A stretch of DNA of 55,078 nucleotides from an uncultured Bacillales bacterium (GCA_946408655.1 CAMJTE010000001.1:1-55078), one strand, 5' to 3'; counted from the first letter of the stretch, positions 9,316 through 19,516 are shown. Notes: a model not told the origin generated them from the sequence alone. A program made the numbers and translations.

Positions 9316-9762
9316 CTATCTAAAATCAACAGTATAGTTCATTACACCATTAGATTTAAATGTTACACGATTATTATTTCCATCAATAATAGAATAATAT
9401 GTATATTTACCCTTCTTATAATAATTTAATTTAGTAACTTTTGTACTAGATAAATCCATTTTACTTACATAACTTTTAAATTCTTCTATCGTATATAATT
9501 GTTTCATACTGTCTTTTTCAAATTTTGCGTAAGCCTTTTCAACATCAATGTGTATTAAGTTATAATAATTACTTAAATATATTGATGCCTGTTTATCAGC
9601 AGTTATGTAAGAACTATTATAAACATTATAATCATTTTTAGCAATACTACTTACTATTTTTTTATTATGAATTGTCATATATAGTACAACATCTAATCCA
9701 ACTAATACAACAACAACAAGCAAGATGATAGAATAATCTCTTTTACTTAATTCAAAATCCAT
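9316..9762 (-). CDS. Small N-terminally anchored protein of unknown function (possible VirB8/TcpC-like scaffold)
   Basis: 148 aa. One TM helix then a ~110-aa beta-rich domain. GGAGG RBS. The VirB8-like idea rests only on size, topology and position. Confidence 0.35.
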   Translation of the reverse strand: MDFELSKRDYSIILLVVVVLVGLDVVLYMTIHNKKIVSSIAKNDYNVYNSSYITADKQASIYLSNYYNLIHIDVEKAYAKFEKDSMKQLYTIEEFKSYVSKMDLSSTKVTKLNYYKKGKYTYYSIIDGNNNRVTFKSNGVMNYTVDFR

Positions 9763-10256
9763 TGTTCTACCTCCTTAAATGTTTTACCATTATCAGGAAC
9801 AATTGCAAAAGAACTATTTTTATTATCAACTAATACAATAATATAATAATCGCTAACTGTTTCATAACTATCCATTGAATTTTTTTCTATCATACCATAC
9901 ACATAAAATTTATTAATATTTTTACTAATTTTTTCATAATACATCTTTTCACCTACAAAAGATATATTGCTATCAGAATATTTATTAACATATTTAAAAA
10001 TATTACTTATATTAATTCTCTTTTGTGAAACATAGTTACCATCTAGTAATTTAATAATACTTTCTTTATTACTATCATTAGAATAATGAACAAATTTATT
10101 TACTATTCCCACAACATCATAATACTGAGTACTATTATCAACAATTTTTACATTTGAATAATCTTTTTTTTCATCATTATTAATCAAAATATATATAGTA
10201 GATACAATAAACATAAAAGCAATTATAAATAAAATATCCTTTAAATATATCTTCAT
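9747..10256 (-). CDS. Small N-terminally anchored protein of unknown function (possible VirB8/TcpC-like scaffold)
   Basis: 169 aa. One TM helix plus a ~140-aa extracytoplasmic domain. GGAGG RBS. Overlaps the next gene by 16 nt. Confidence 0.35.
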   Translation of the reverse strand: MKIYLKDILFIIAFMFIVSTIYILINNDEKKDYSNVKIVDNSTQYYDVVGIVNKFVHYSNDSNKESIIKLLDGNYVSQKRINISNIFKYVNKYSDSNISFVGEKMYYEKISKNINKFYVYGMIEKNSMDSYETVSDYYIIVLVDNKNSSFAIVPDNGKTFKEVEQWILN

Positions 10257-10265
10257 ATTTTCCTC

Positions 10266-11621
10266 CTAGTAATAGTGAATTGTACCTCCAAATCCTTTTG
10301 CGGTTTCTTCAACAATTTTAGCTAATTTAGATTTTTCATCATTTGGTACATTAAAATTACCTATACATTCTATATTTCCATCATCACTTTGTTGATCATG
10401 TGTTGTATATATTCCTGATGTAAATACCAACCATTCTGATTTTCTTCTTTTTATTAATCCCGGCCAAGTTATGCCATTACCATGAACATATTCACAAAAT
10501 GATTGAAATAATTTATATGTATATCCATATTTCTTGTAACCATCAATGACATTATATGTAAAACCAGCTCCACCATTATATTCACTCGACGTTAAAGCAA
10601 GAATTTGATTATTATTTAAGGTTACTCCGTTATCACTTAAAATTTTTTCAACAGATTTTCTATGTAGTTGCATTGCATAGAGATATACCCTATCTATATC
10701 TGCCTTAGGAACCCTAGAACCAACATATATTTGTGATGGATCAACGCCAGCAAGCCTAAATGCTTCAACTTCATGTGGTGTTATTCCAGGACCTATTGTC
10801 CAAACAACCCCATCTCCGCCATCATAAGCAACATAATACTCTCCTTCTTCAACACCACCTTCAAAATATCTAACCCAGTCTAATAATTCTTGTGGAATAA
10901 AACAATCATCTTCACTTGTGCCGCCTGGACCACTAGGCCTAGAATTTTCAGGATCTATATAATTTAAAGGATCGACTCTCGCCCCAAATTCATCTTGACC
11001 TTCTCTAACCTCAAAATGTAGATGTGTACCAGTTGAATGACCACTTGAACCAACTTTACCTATAACTTGTCCTTGTACAACCTTATCCCCAGCATTAACC
11101 TTAATAGTATTCTGATGAAGGTGTCCATAATATTGATAATTACCATCATTTGATTTAATAACAATGTGATTTCCATAAGAACCGCCACAACTATAATCTC
11201 CAAAAGAAACACATCCATTATAAGCTGATATAACTTCTCCAGATTGGGCAGCAATTACATTTACAACTCCAGCATCAGCTGCAGGAGCAATATCAAGACC
11301 ACCATGTCCATAATCATGAATCCCTGCCTCTGTTGCACCAAACGTTGATGATATATATACTGTATTAGGTTCTCCAGTAGCCATTTCTACTCCTTTTTCA
11401 TTGGTTACTTGATCGCTTCCAATAGGCCACATATATGACTTACTCCCACCACAGGCATCAGAATAACCCGAATCAGATCCACTATCTACTGGATATAAAT
11501 CATCAAAAAACTCTTTATAATCATATATATCTTGTCTTTCAAGTTCATACTCAGCAAAAATAATTGTAGGTATAATTAGCATTGTAATAATAAATAATAT
11601 ATATTTTTTCAAACTAATCAC
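10266..11621 (-). CDS. Bifunctional peptidoglycan hydrolase: M23/LytM metallopeptidase plus phage-type lysozyme domain
   Basis: 451 aa. Signal peptide. M23 motifs HGGLDI and GHSTGTHLHFEV. C-terminal lysozyme-like motifs (WVRYFEG, TIGPGIT, EYNGGAG, GLIKRRKSEW). The start is non-ATG: GTG at 11621, or TTG at 11612 preceded by AGGTGA. Confidence 0.8.
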   Translation of the reverse strand: MISLKKYILFIITMLIIPTIIFAEYELERQDIYDYKEFFDDLYPVDSGSDSGYSDACGGSKSYMWPIGSDQVTNEKGVEMATGEPNTVYISSTFGATEAGIHDYGHGGLDIAPAADAGVVNVIAAQSGEVISAYNGCVSFGDYSCGGSYGNHIVIKSNDGNYQYYGHLHQNTIKVNAGDKVVQGQVIGKVGSSGHSTGTHLHFEVREGQDEFGARVDPLNYIDPENSRPSGPGGTSEDDCFIPQELLDWVRYFEGGVEEGEYYVAYDGGDGVVWTIGPGITPHEVEAFRLAGVDPSQIYVGSRVPKADIDRVYLYAMQLHRKSVEKILSDNGVTLNNNQILALTSSEYNGGAGFTYNVIDGYKKYGYTYKLFQSFCEYVHGNGITWPGLIKRRKSEWLVFTSGIYTTHDQQSDDGNIECIGNFNVPNDEKSKLAKIVEETAKGFGGTIHYY

Positions 11622-11629
11622 CTCACAAC

Positions 11630-12271
11630 CTATATTTCATTACTAACTTTAATTTTTTTCATTACCATATATACTGCTAATAAAACAATAACAATTCCTG
11701 CACCTAAAATAATATAAATACTATATTTTGATAAAATAAAGCTTTTACTAGCTGTCCCTTTTGCAATCTTTATTTTAATACTAAAATCATTTTTATTCTC
11801 ATTAGTTAAATACCAAGTATATTTATTACCTTTAACTTTATCAGCATTATTACTTACAACTTTATTTTTAGTAATAATATTAATATTCAAATTATAATCA
11901 TACATACAATCTGTCATATCACTTAAATTTATTTCGTAATACTTTTCATCATCCATAATAACCTTTTTCTTAGTAAAGCATTGATTAATTGTATTAGCAT
12001 TTACAAAATCATATGGTTTATAAGTATATTTATAGATTGCAGAAATTATATTACCTTTTTTTTCTATTTTCTTTTCATACATTACATCATTATTAGCATG
12101 AAGAGGATACTGATTAGCATTTATTCTCTTCATGTTATCATCAGTATTTTCAACACTAATTCTAAACTCTTCTTTTATTGAAGAATCATTTATAAATAAA
12201 TAATATTCCTGTTTACATCCTGCTAACTCTAACAAAATTAGAATCAGCACCATAAACTTTATTTTCTTCAT
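11630..12271 (-). CDS. Lipoprotein with C-terminal TM anchor, unknown function
   Basis: 213 aa. Lipobox LLELAGC. C-terminal hydrophobic helix IYIILGAGIVIVLLAVYMV. Confidence 0.55.
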   Translation of the reverse strand: MKKIKFMVLILILLELAGCKQEYYLFINDSSIKEEFRISVENTDDNMKRINANQYPLHANNDVMYEKKIEKKGNIISAIYKYTYKPYDFVNANTINQCFTKKKVIMDDEKYYEINLSDMTDCMYDYNLNINIITKNKVVSNNADKVKGNKYTWYLTNENKNDFSIKIKIAKGTASKSFILSKYSIYIILGAGIVIVLLAVYMVMKKIKVSNEI

Positions 12272-12282
12272 ATTTCACCACA

Positions 12283-13566
12283 CTAATAATTAGGTCTAAA
12301 ATAACCATTTATTCCCTGTAATCCATAAGTTCCACAATGCGTTTTTCTATTATACTGTTTCTTTCTTACAGCATCCCCACTATTTCCTTCAACTGTATAA
12401 ACATATGTGTCATCTACCGCATATACATATCCAACGTGACTACTATAATATTTATCATTTCCATTAGCAGGCCAAGGAGTATATCCACCAACATATGGAT
12501 CAAATACGATGACATCTCCAGCAGCTGGAACTGTTCTTGGATCAGTACATTCATCTTCATACCAAGTTCCATAACCCGCTGCAACCGAAGCACGAGGAAT
12601 TTCACCTGCAATTAATGAACTTTTTATATACTTATCAATTCCTCCAATTTGATTAAATAACCAAGAAGTAAAAGCCGCACACCATTCAACTCTACCACCT
12701 GTATTAAACCAGCCCCAATATTTTGCTCCACCAGCATTAACTTGATCAGCTTCAGCAAGAGCAATTTCCGTCATTTTATCAATGGCTTCCTTACCAGTTT
12801 TAGAAACAACTGTACTAGCAGAATTATTTGGCCCTAATCCCGTAGAACAACTTTGAATCTCGGTTCCAGGAGTATGATATTTTAACTTAACATATTCTAT
12901 TAAAAAATCTTTATATTTTTTTAGGTCTAATTCATAACTTTCTTTTATAGATTCTTTATCATATTCACCATCTTCACACTTTAATGTTTCTTTAGAATAA
13001 TTAGATTTCTCAATGTCCTCTGCTTTTAACTCATCATTACTTTCTTCATTACTTTCTTCTTCATTTTTTTCTTCAGAATCATCTTTCTTACATTTATAGG
13101 TTATTGACTTTTTTACCATGTTCTTTGCAAGTATTTGCATATCATAAGAAAAATCATTAGCATTTAAATACGTATAACATGGATCATTTTTAAAATCATA
13201 TTCCCAATCCAAATTTGTAATCTGATTCTCATTTTTCAAAGAATTTCTATCATATCTATTTAAATTATTAGCAAAAACAGTAGGCAATTCTTCATTATTG
13301 TAATAAAGAGCAGCCATTATTAAAGGTAAATCTAGTGTTACTTTATATTTATTTTGATAAAGATAATATAGATCATACATTTTTAAATAAAATTTATATT
13401 CATTACCATTTCTACAATCATCATCTGAATTATCGTTTGTACAAGCTTTCATTGTTCCAAAATAGTCACTTAAATCAGATGAATCGTAATAATCAGATAT
13501 TTCATAAGCCCTATTTACTCCAACAAACATAAATATAATTAGAAATATTAATATTATCTTTTTCAT
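12283..13566 (-). CDS. Secreted CHAP-domain peptidoglycan hydrolase (paralog 2)
   Basis: 427 aa. Signal peptide, acidic linker. CHAP motifs EWCAAFTSWLFNQ, GDVIVFD, SHVGYVYAVDD..YTVEGN. C-terminal end INGYFRPNY. Confidence 0.8.
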   Translation of the reverse strand: MKKIILIFLIIFMFVGVNRAYEISDYYDSSDLSDYFGTMKACTNDNSDDDCRNGNEYKFYLKMYDLYYLYQNKYKVTLDLPLIMAALYYNNEELPTVFANNLNRYDRNSLKNENQITNLDWEYDFKNDPCYTYLNANDFSYDMQILAKNMVKKSITYKCKKDDSEEKNEEESNEESNDELKAEDIEKSNYSKETLKCEDGEYDKESIKESYELDLKKYKDFLIEYVKLKYHTPGTEIQSCSTGLGPNNSASTVVSKTGKEAIDKMTEIALAEADQVNAGGAKYWGWFNTGGRVEWCAAFTSWLFNQIGGIDKYIKSSLIAGEIPRASVAAGYGTWYEDECTDPRTVPAAGDVIVFDPYVGGYTPWPANGNDKYYSSHVGYVYAVDDTYVYTVEGNSGDAVRKKQYNRKTHCGTYGLQGINGYFRPNY

Positions 13567-13578
13567 AATTCCTCACTT

Positions 13579-14799
13579 TTAATAATTTGGTCTATAATAT
13601 CCGTTTATCATACAATCTTTTCTCTCATGCGTAACGAATACAACTCTTTCCGGATCATGGTTTCCTTCAACGGTATAAATATTTTTATCATCTACTGCAT
13701 AAACATATCCAACATGTCGACTGGAGTATCTATCCAAATAACAATCATCACCTGGCTTGCACGTATTCCAGTGAAGTACATCTCCCGACTTTGGAACTGT
13801 TTTAGAATCAGTACATTCGTCTTCATACCAAGTACCATATCCATTCGCAACAGCTCCTCTTGCACCAGGACCAGCTGCACCAGATTTTTCATAGTACTTA
13901 TCTAATCCATTTACTTGGTCAAAAAGCCATGAAACAAACATTCCACACCAATCAGCTTCAAGTCCATACCAATCTTGATATTTTCTTCTTCCAACTCCAT
14001 TTTCCGCTTCCTTTGTTGCAATTTCATTTATTTTATCAATAGTCTGATTACCAGTTTTAGGAACAGGAACAGGTGGTGTACTACTAGATGTTGACTCACC
14101 ATAATAATTAGAACCTTCTGAATTATTATTGCTGCTATTAGCATCATCGCCACTTTGATTACTATACCATTCAGTCAACTCTTCTTCTATTGGATTAGAT
14201 TTTGATGCAAGATATGCTTTACCACCAGAATCTGCAAGAGAAGAAACCATTATAACACAAAAGAAAATTGCCCCAACAAGAATACCTCCGCAAATAAAAA
14301 TAAATAAATATTTCATTTGCCTAGTTGTAATTGCTGTATATCTCGCCTCAGCAGCATCAGGTTTATATTCTTCTCCTAGCTGTTCTGCTCTATTAGCCTC
14401 TTCAACATCATCAGCACTAGCATTAGCTTTATCCCCAACTTTAGACATCAAGTTTTGAAAAAAACCCTTATTTCTAGTACTTTTAATTCTTTCAATCATT
14501 TTAGCCATTTTAGCATATTTGCGGGCTACTGGAATTCTTTCAGCAATCTTAATCGCTTTATCTATATTTTTTCCATTTTGCATCCTTCTAGTAGAATTTC
14601 TACTATTTATACCGGAAATACTACTAGAAGAACGGGTAGTAGAAGAAGTACTCCCACTTATTAATGAACTAGATGAAGATAATCCTCCTCCAGAATCTCG
14701 TTTACCAATGCTACTCCTACGTCCTTGTACAGCAGCATCTTTTCTTAACTGTCCCGTTTGTTTTGCAGTTGAAATTCCTTTAGCTACATTATCTTTCAT
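13579..14799 (-). CDS. Bitopic CHAP-domain peptidoglycan hydrolase (paralog 3) with Ser-rich cytoplasmic N-terminus
   Basis: 406 aa. Ser/Arg-rich N-terminal ~165 aa, then a TM helix (YLFIFICGGILVGAIFFCVIMV). CHAP motifs DWCGMFVSWLFDQ, RHVGYVYAVDD..YTVEGN. C-terminal end INGYYRPNY. Confidence 0.8.
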   Translation of the reverse strand: MKDNVAKGISTAKQTGQLRKDAAVQGRRSSIGKRDSGGGLSSSSSLISGSTSSTTRSSSSISGINSRNSTRRMQNGKNIDKAIKIAERIPVARKYAKMAKMIERIKSTRNKGFFQNLMSKVGDKANASADDVEEANRAEQLGEEYKPDAAEARYTAITTRQMKYLFIFICGGILVGAIFFCVIMVSSLADSGGKAYLASKSNPIEEELTEWYSNQSGDDANSSNNNSEGSNYYGESTSSSTPPVPVPKTGNQTIDKINEIATKEAENGVGRRKYQDWYGLEADWCGMFVSWLFDQVNGLDKYYEKSGAAGPGARGAVANGYGTWYEDECTDSKTVPKSGDVLHWNTCKPGDDCYLDRYSSRHVGYVYAVDDKNIYTVEGNHDPERVVFVTHERKDCMINGYYRPNY

Positions 14800-14816
14800 C
14801 TAAATCACCTCAATTC

Positions 14817-16604
14817 TTATAATCCTCCTCCACTACCAAACGATTCTAATTCAGCATCAGAAGCAATTACATTAATACGCATACGTCTTGATCCGCATAC
14901 AAAGAGTGCTTCTCCTTGTCCATATTGTTTAATACTTTCTGCCTCACTATCATTTAAATCAATCAACCTAGCAAGATCGAATACCGCCTGTTTCTTTAAT
15001 CCCATAACTAAATAATATGAAGCATTATCAAATATAGCTTTACCTTGAGTGATAACAGCAGGATCACTAAAGTCAGTCGGTTGTTGAGTTATTAACATAG
15101 TCCCTGTATTATACTTACGTGCACGTCTTTGCATTTGTGCAAGAAAATCTGCTCCCAACGTATTTCCACCACTTAATAGAACGTGTGCTTCATCAACCAT
15201 CATAACTGTATTAATTTTAGGATTTAAAGTAAGACCCCAAGCATATTTTAATATATTAAAGAATAATGCATTCTTAATATTAGAATCAGCATTCATAACT
15301 TCCCTAATGTTAAATACTATAAAATTACTATTAGGAGAAATTGTTGTATGACCATCAAAATAATACTTCAACTCTCTAACTATAGGTCTAATCTTTAACT
15401 CAAGTCTTTCAAGAACATCTTTTTCTTGTGTTTTTTCTGGCATTGCAAGAATACGACCTTTAATAGTAGCATATACATCTTTAAATGTTGGGTAATCTTC
15501 AGAAGAAAATCTAGTAAAATCACTATTATAGTCAATACCAAAACGTTTATAAGTCTCTTGTACTACTTCACTAAACATATTAACTAAATCCTCAGTAATA
15601 GAAGGATCATAATACTTTAAAAACGCCTTAATAGTTTGTAGAGTACGAGTTAAAACAGTATATCCTAACCCTTGTTTCATCTCCTCTTCATCAGCATCAA
15701 GTACAACCTCAAGTGGATTAATCATACCAAATTCTCCACCCTTACCAAGGTCAATAAAATCTCCTCCGTAAAGATTAACCATATCCTCAAGTTCACCTTC
15801 AGGATCGATTATAACTAACTGATGGCCATTTCTAATATGACTTCTTAACATTATCTTTGCAGCAGTAGATTTTCCACTACCAGAAGTACCTAAAATAATC
15901 ATATTAGCATTATTTCTATTACTTTCTTTTCTTATTTGATATAAGAATTGATTAAATAAAACTACACCACCAGAAAAATCTATACCAAGTAAAGTTCCCA
16001 ATCCTGGATCTTTAATACTATCAAATATAAAAGGATACATCGCAGCCATAGTAGGTGCTGGAATTGGAGTACCAATTCGATCTTCAATATCTTGTTTACC
16101 ATAAATAGGTAGACATGATTTTAAAACTTGATCTTGTTCAAAACGTAGAGGTATAGCCCTAAGTTCCATAGACTCTAAATAATTACGAACTTGTAACTTC
16201 TTTAATTCTAATTCTTCCTTAGTATCAGCAGTAATCATAATATGCATCTGAAAATCATATATCTTAGCTTGACTTGCAGCTAACTCACTTATAAATTGTT
16301 CCAAAGATTCATAATCTTGACGAATTCTTTCTTGAATAGTTCTATCATTTTCATCTTGATATCTTTGCTTTAAGTCAGCAAGTTCTTTATTAAGCATCTT
16401 ACTCATACTACTAAAAGGTAAAGGTATATGCTTAATAACTAACTTAATACCAGACATACTAGTTAAACTAGATAAATAACCTGGATAAATAAATTTTGGA
16501 TAAGAAATAACACTTAGTATAGTTGCATATTTATCACTAACAATAAACTCACTAGGTTTAAATTCAAGCCCCTTAGGAGCAATTTCAGCTTTAATATTAC
16601 TCAT
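14817..16604 (-). CDS. VirB4-type T4SS ATPase, central and C-terminal part
   Basis: 595 aa. Walker A GTSGSGKST, Walker B MMVDEAHVLL, ITQQPTDF. Its start overlaps the upstream stop as ATGA. Confidence 0.85.
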   Translation of the reverse strand: MSNIKAEIAPKGLEFKPSEFIVSDKYATILSVISYPKFIYPGYLSSLTSMSGIKLVIKHIPLPFSSMSKMLNKELADLKQRYQDENDRTIQERIRQDYESLEQFISELAASQAKIYDFQMHIMITADTKEELELKKLQVRNYLESMELRAIPLRFEQDQVLKSCLPIYGKQDIEDRIGTPIPAPTMAAMYPFIFDSIKDPGLGTLLGIDFSGGVVLFNQFLYQIRKESNRNNANMIILGTSGSGKSTAAKIMLRSHIRNGHQLVIIDPEGELEDMVNLYGGDFIDLGKGGEFGMINPLEVVLDADEEEMKQGLGYTVLTRTLQTIKAFLKYYDPSITEDLVNMFSEVVQETYKRFGIDYNSDFTRFSSEDYPTFKDVYATIKGRILAMPEKTQEKDVLERLELKIRPIVRELKYYFDGHTTISPNSNFIVFNIREVMNADSNIKNALFFNILKYAWGLTLNPKINTVMMVDEAHVLLSGGNTLGADFLAQMQRRARKYNTGTMLITQQPTDFSDPAVITQGKAIFDNASYYLVMGLKKQAVFDLARLIDLNDSEAESIKQYGQGEALFVCGSRRMRINVIASDAELESFGSGGGL

Positions 16605-17143
16605 GCAAACACCGTCCCAAAATTAGTGGTCTCTCCACCATTTAAAAAATTATCCAAAATCATTCTTAAATCATCATTACTAGTCTGCGTAGCAGTAAGA
16701 CCTGCAGCAGCAAAATTATTAATTAAATTTCTAATACGTTTCTGAATAATATCAGTATCTTTATGCTTAAACAAAAGATAATACTCAGTATCAACAACAC
16801 TATTTCTAACAAACATAGTAGCCTTATCCATATCCTCAGAAATAATCTTTCTTTGAACAGGCGATACACTAGAATTATATAGAACCTGAAGTTCAGACAA
16901 ATAGACATTAATATCTACCGGCCTATCAGCAGCAATAATCCAAAACTCATAATCAATAACATTATATACAGTCTTTAAATTAGTAATAATCGCACTCTGA
17001 GTAGCAGGATCAAGAATAAAAATATTCCTTGGCATAATCTTCACACCAGATACCTTCATCTTATTATCAAGTTCAATCATCCCACTTGCAATAGATTTAA
17101 CCGGAACATCAGTATATCTACTTTTTATCGTCTTCTTCGCCAT
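16601..17143 (-). CDS. Protein resembling the detached N-terminal domain of Gram-positive VirB4-type ATPases
   Basis: The probable start is MAKKTIK at 17143 (the ORF track start is 17203). The pattern VPVKSI..GMIELDN..VSGVKIMPRNIF.L....Q..II..L matches my recollection of the N-terminus of Tn916 Orf16, ConE and TcpF-type proteins. 181+595 aa is close to the usual ~800 aa. Confidence 0.5.
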   Translation of the reverse strand: MAKKTIKSRYTDVPVKSIASGMIELDNKMKVSGVKIMPRNIFILDPATQSAIITNLKTVYNVIDYEFWIIAADRPVDINVYLSELQVLYNSSVSPVQRKIISEDMDKATMFVRNSVVDTEYYLLFKHKDTDIIQKRIRNLINNFAAAGLTATQTSNDDLRMILDNFLNGGETTNFGTVFA

Positions 17144-17441
17144 CGTTATAACACCAACCTCTCCATATATATTTTTGTCTTGTAGTATAAAACTCCCAAG
17201 CAAGTTTGATCACAGTCCTAATATTATGATAATTAGGAACAGGAAAAACCAAAAATGCACTAATTACCCCCGGAGCCAAAGCAATAATCGCAAATAGAAA
17301 CCCCTCAATAGGTAATATCAGTAACATTAATAATGAAACACCTACACCAACAAGAAATAAAGCCAAATCAAACTTCGTAAACAAACCAAATAGTAACATC
17401 GACTTCTTCGAGTTAGCCGGTATCAAATACATATTATCCAT
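17118..17441 (-). CDS. Small two-TM T4SS membrane protein (VirB3/PrgI/TcpE-like)
   Basis: 107 aa. Two adjacent TM helices and a basic/aromatic C-terminal segment. It lies directly upstream of the VirB4 genes, as in Gram-positive T4SS loci. Confidence 0.5.
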   Translation of the reverse strand: MDNMYLIPANSKKSMLLFGLFTKFDLALFLVGVGVSLLMLLILPIEGFLFAIIALAPGVISAFLVFPVPNYHNIRTVIKLAWEFYTTRQKYIWRGWCYNDGEEDDKK

Positions 17442-17461
17442 ATAGTATCACATCCTTTTTA

Positions 17462-19462
17462 TTATCCAATAGTAGATTTATCAGCTTGAACTTTTCTTTG
17501 TTGTTTTCCAAGATCTTTGATTTTTTGCTCATTGTCTGCAATTTTTTCTCTATCCGAACTAATACTCTGTTCAAGTGCAAAATTATCATTTGTAAATTTA
17601 TTCTTATCCGCATCCAATCCTGCTGCATCCTTCGCAGCATTTGTTCCACGCATAGCAGCATATGCAGAATAATTATTCTTTAAATCATCATCAGTAGCCA
17701 AATTTGCATTTATCCAAGCATCACGTCCAGTTGTATTTGCATATGTTTCAGCATCAAATTTAAGTTCAGATGCCTTGGCACCACGTTCTTGATCATTAGA
17801 CCATTTATATATTTTTCCATTAACGGTTACACTTCCTTTAGAAGCTTTACTAGATAACAATCCATCAGCATTATTTAAATAATCTTTATAAATTTGTCCT
17901 GCTGCGCCACTACCTTGTTTAACTTTTTTTACACCTCGATCTTGGATTTTTTCAATATATCCTGATGCCTTATTATTCTCTGATATTTTTCTCTCGGTAG
18001 GAGCAATTTTTGCCTGCAAGTCTTTATTTTCATTTTCATATTGTTTAACTCGTCTTTCAACTCTAGATTCAGCACCACCAAATCCAGTCTTTTTTGCAAA
18101 TCTTGCACCTAATCTTCCATGCCAAGTTGATCCATTCATTCGAGCATCTCTTAATTTACTTGCATAATCAGCTTGATGTTTTGCAGCATCGCCAAAGCCT
18201 TTACCACTCATAAATCCCGCTGCTGCACCTCTAAGTCCTCTTCCATGCATTGCTCCAATCGCTAATCCACCTGCAGCTCCTGTAATTCTTTTTCCACCTA
18301 CTGCTCCTTCTTCTAATTTCTTAAGTGGATTAAGACTAAACTTACCATCACCTTCAATTTTAACCCCCATATTTTCAAGTATCTTTGGTAATTGTTTTAT
18401 GAACATTAATACTCCAATAATAACAAATATTTTAACCCAACCATTCGTTATTTGTGAACCATTAACTATATCATACATTCCCATATCTGCTACTTTAGTT
18501 ATAATATATATACCAAAGTATAGTGCAAGCAATCTAATAAATAAACTTAAAAATGTTGAAACACACATCTTATACCATTTTGAAAACATGCCATCTTTTC
18601 CACTTTTTGGATCCATATATGATATAACTGGTATTGGATATATTAATTGTAAGAAAGCGAGTTTTACACTTCTAACGCCAATATCTATACAGAATGATAT
18701 TAATAGTAAGCATACTACAACCGCAGTAACGGTTGATAATGGTTTTTTATAATCTATTATAAAGTGTTGATCTGATGGAGTGTCTTCATCTTCTGCATCA
18801 TTTGTAGTTGCTAAAGCTGTCGATGTTCTAAATGTAAGCCCAAGACTTTTATTTGCAATACCATAAGTATAATTTTCTAGATGAGGGCTATTAAGTCCAG
18901 CAGACTCTAAAGCATTAGTACAAGCCTCGCTAAAGTCACCATTTTCATCAACCATGTTCATACATTCTGAAAGACCTTCTACAGAATAATTTGGACTAAA
19001 GAAAGGCATCATTACATAAAATGCCATTCTATTACCCGCTGTATCAAGAATAGTCGATTCTCCTTCACCTTGTATCTTCTCACCTAAAAGGAGTTTAGCA
19101 AGTATATTATCATCTAACACTTTGGCTTGTAAACTAAATGCCATTTGAAAAATATATGGCACTAAAACTAAAAGCACAAGAGATATAACTGAACTTTGAA
19201 TAAGTTTACCAAAGCCTTTGCTTTTATCTGAAAATTCATCTGGATTAACCACATATGTAATCAACGAAAAAGAAACTTTGAACAGCATAAAAATTCCAAG
19301 TAATATTTCTATTCTAGCTGCAAAAGACGCTATATCTCCTTGAGATAATATAGACGTTCTTGAAATAGCTATTAATAAATCATATAGAGTTCCTATAAAA
19401 TTAAACAAAGTGGTATCTAATGACATAAAGAATCTAACCATTAATTTTTCAAACCACAACAT
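17462..19462 (-). CDS. Polytopic T4SS channel protein (VirB6/TrbL/TcpH/ConG-like)
   Basis: 666 aa. About 6-7 TM helices in the first ~370 aa, then a Gly-rich amphipathic stretch and a coiled-coil C-terminal region. The position is typical for a VirB6 analogue. Confidence 0.55.
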   Translation of the reverse strand: MLWFEKLMVRFFMSLDTTLFNFIGTLYDLLIAISRTSILSQGDIASFAARIEILLGIFMLFKVSFSLITYVVNPDEFSDKSKGFGKLIQSSVISLVLLVLVPYIFQMAFSLQAKVLDDNILAKLLLGEKIQGEGESTILDTAGNRMAFYVMMPFFSPNYSVEGLSECMNMVDENGDFSEACTNALESAGLNSPHLENYTYGIANKSLGLTFRTSTALATTNDAEDEDTPSDQHFIIDYKKPLSTVTAVVVCLLLISFCIDIGVRSVKLAFLQLIYPIPVISYMDPKSGKDGMFSKWYKMCVSTFLSLFIRLLALYFGIYIITKVADMGMYDIVNGSQITNGWVKIFVIIGVLMFIKQLPKILENMGVKIEGDGKFSLNPLKKLEEGAVGGKRITGAAGGLAIGAMHGRGLRGAAAGFMSGKGFGDAAKHQADYASKLRDARMNGSTWHGRLGARFAKKTGFGGAESRVERRVKQYENENKDLQAKIAPTERKISENNKASGYIEKIQDRGVKKVKQGSGAAGQIYKDYLNNADGLLSSKASKGSVTVNGKIYKWSNDQERGAKASELKFDAETYANTTGRDAWINANLATDDDLKNNYSAYAAMRGTNAAKDAAGLDADKNKFTNDNFALEQSISSDREKIADNEQKIKDLGKQQRKVQADKSTIG

Positions 19463-19516
19463 AGTTATTCACCGCTTCCTTTTTCATAATTTTTTACAAT
19501 AAATCATTCTGATAGA

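Noticed and set aside
12337-13905. Pairs of embedded shadow ORFs of matching size inside the two CHAP genes: antisense 12337-12615 and 13627-13905, and same-strand out-of-frame 12414-12611 and 13692-13892. The matching pairs might have suggested conserved overlapping genes.
   Set aside because: The similarity follows from the paralogy of the sense-strand CHAP domains. Any frame of duplicated DNA will look conserved. There is no independent start or RBS signal.
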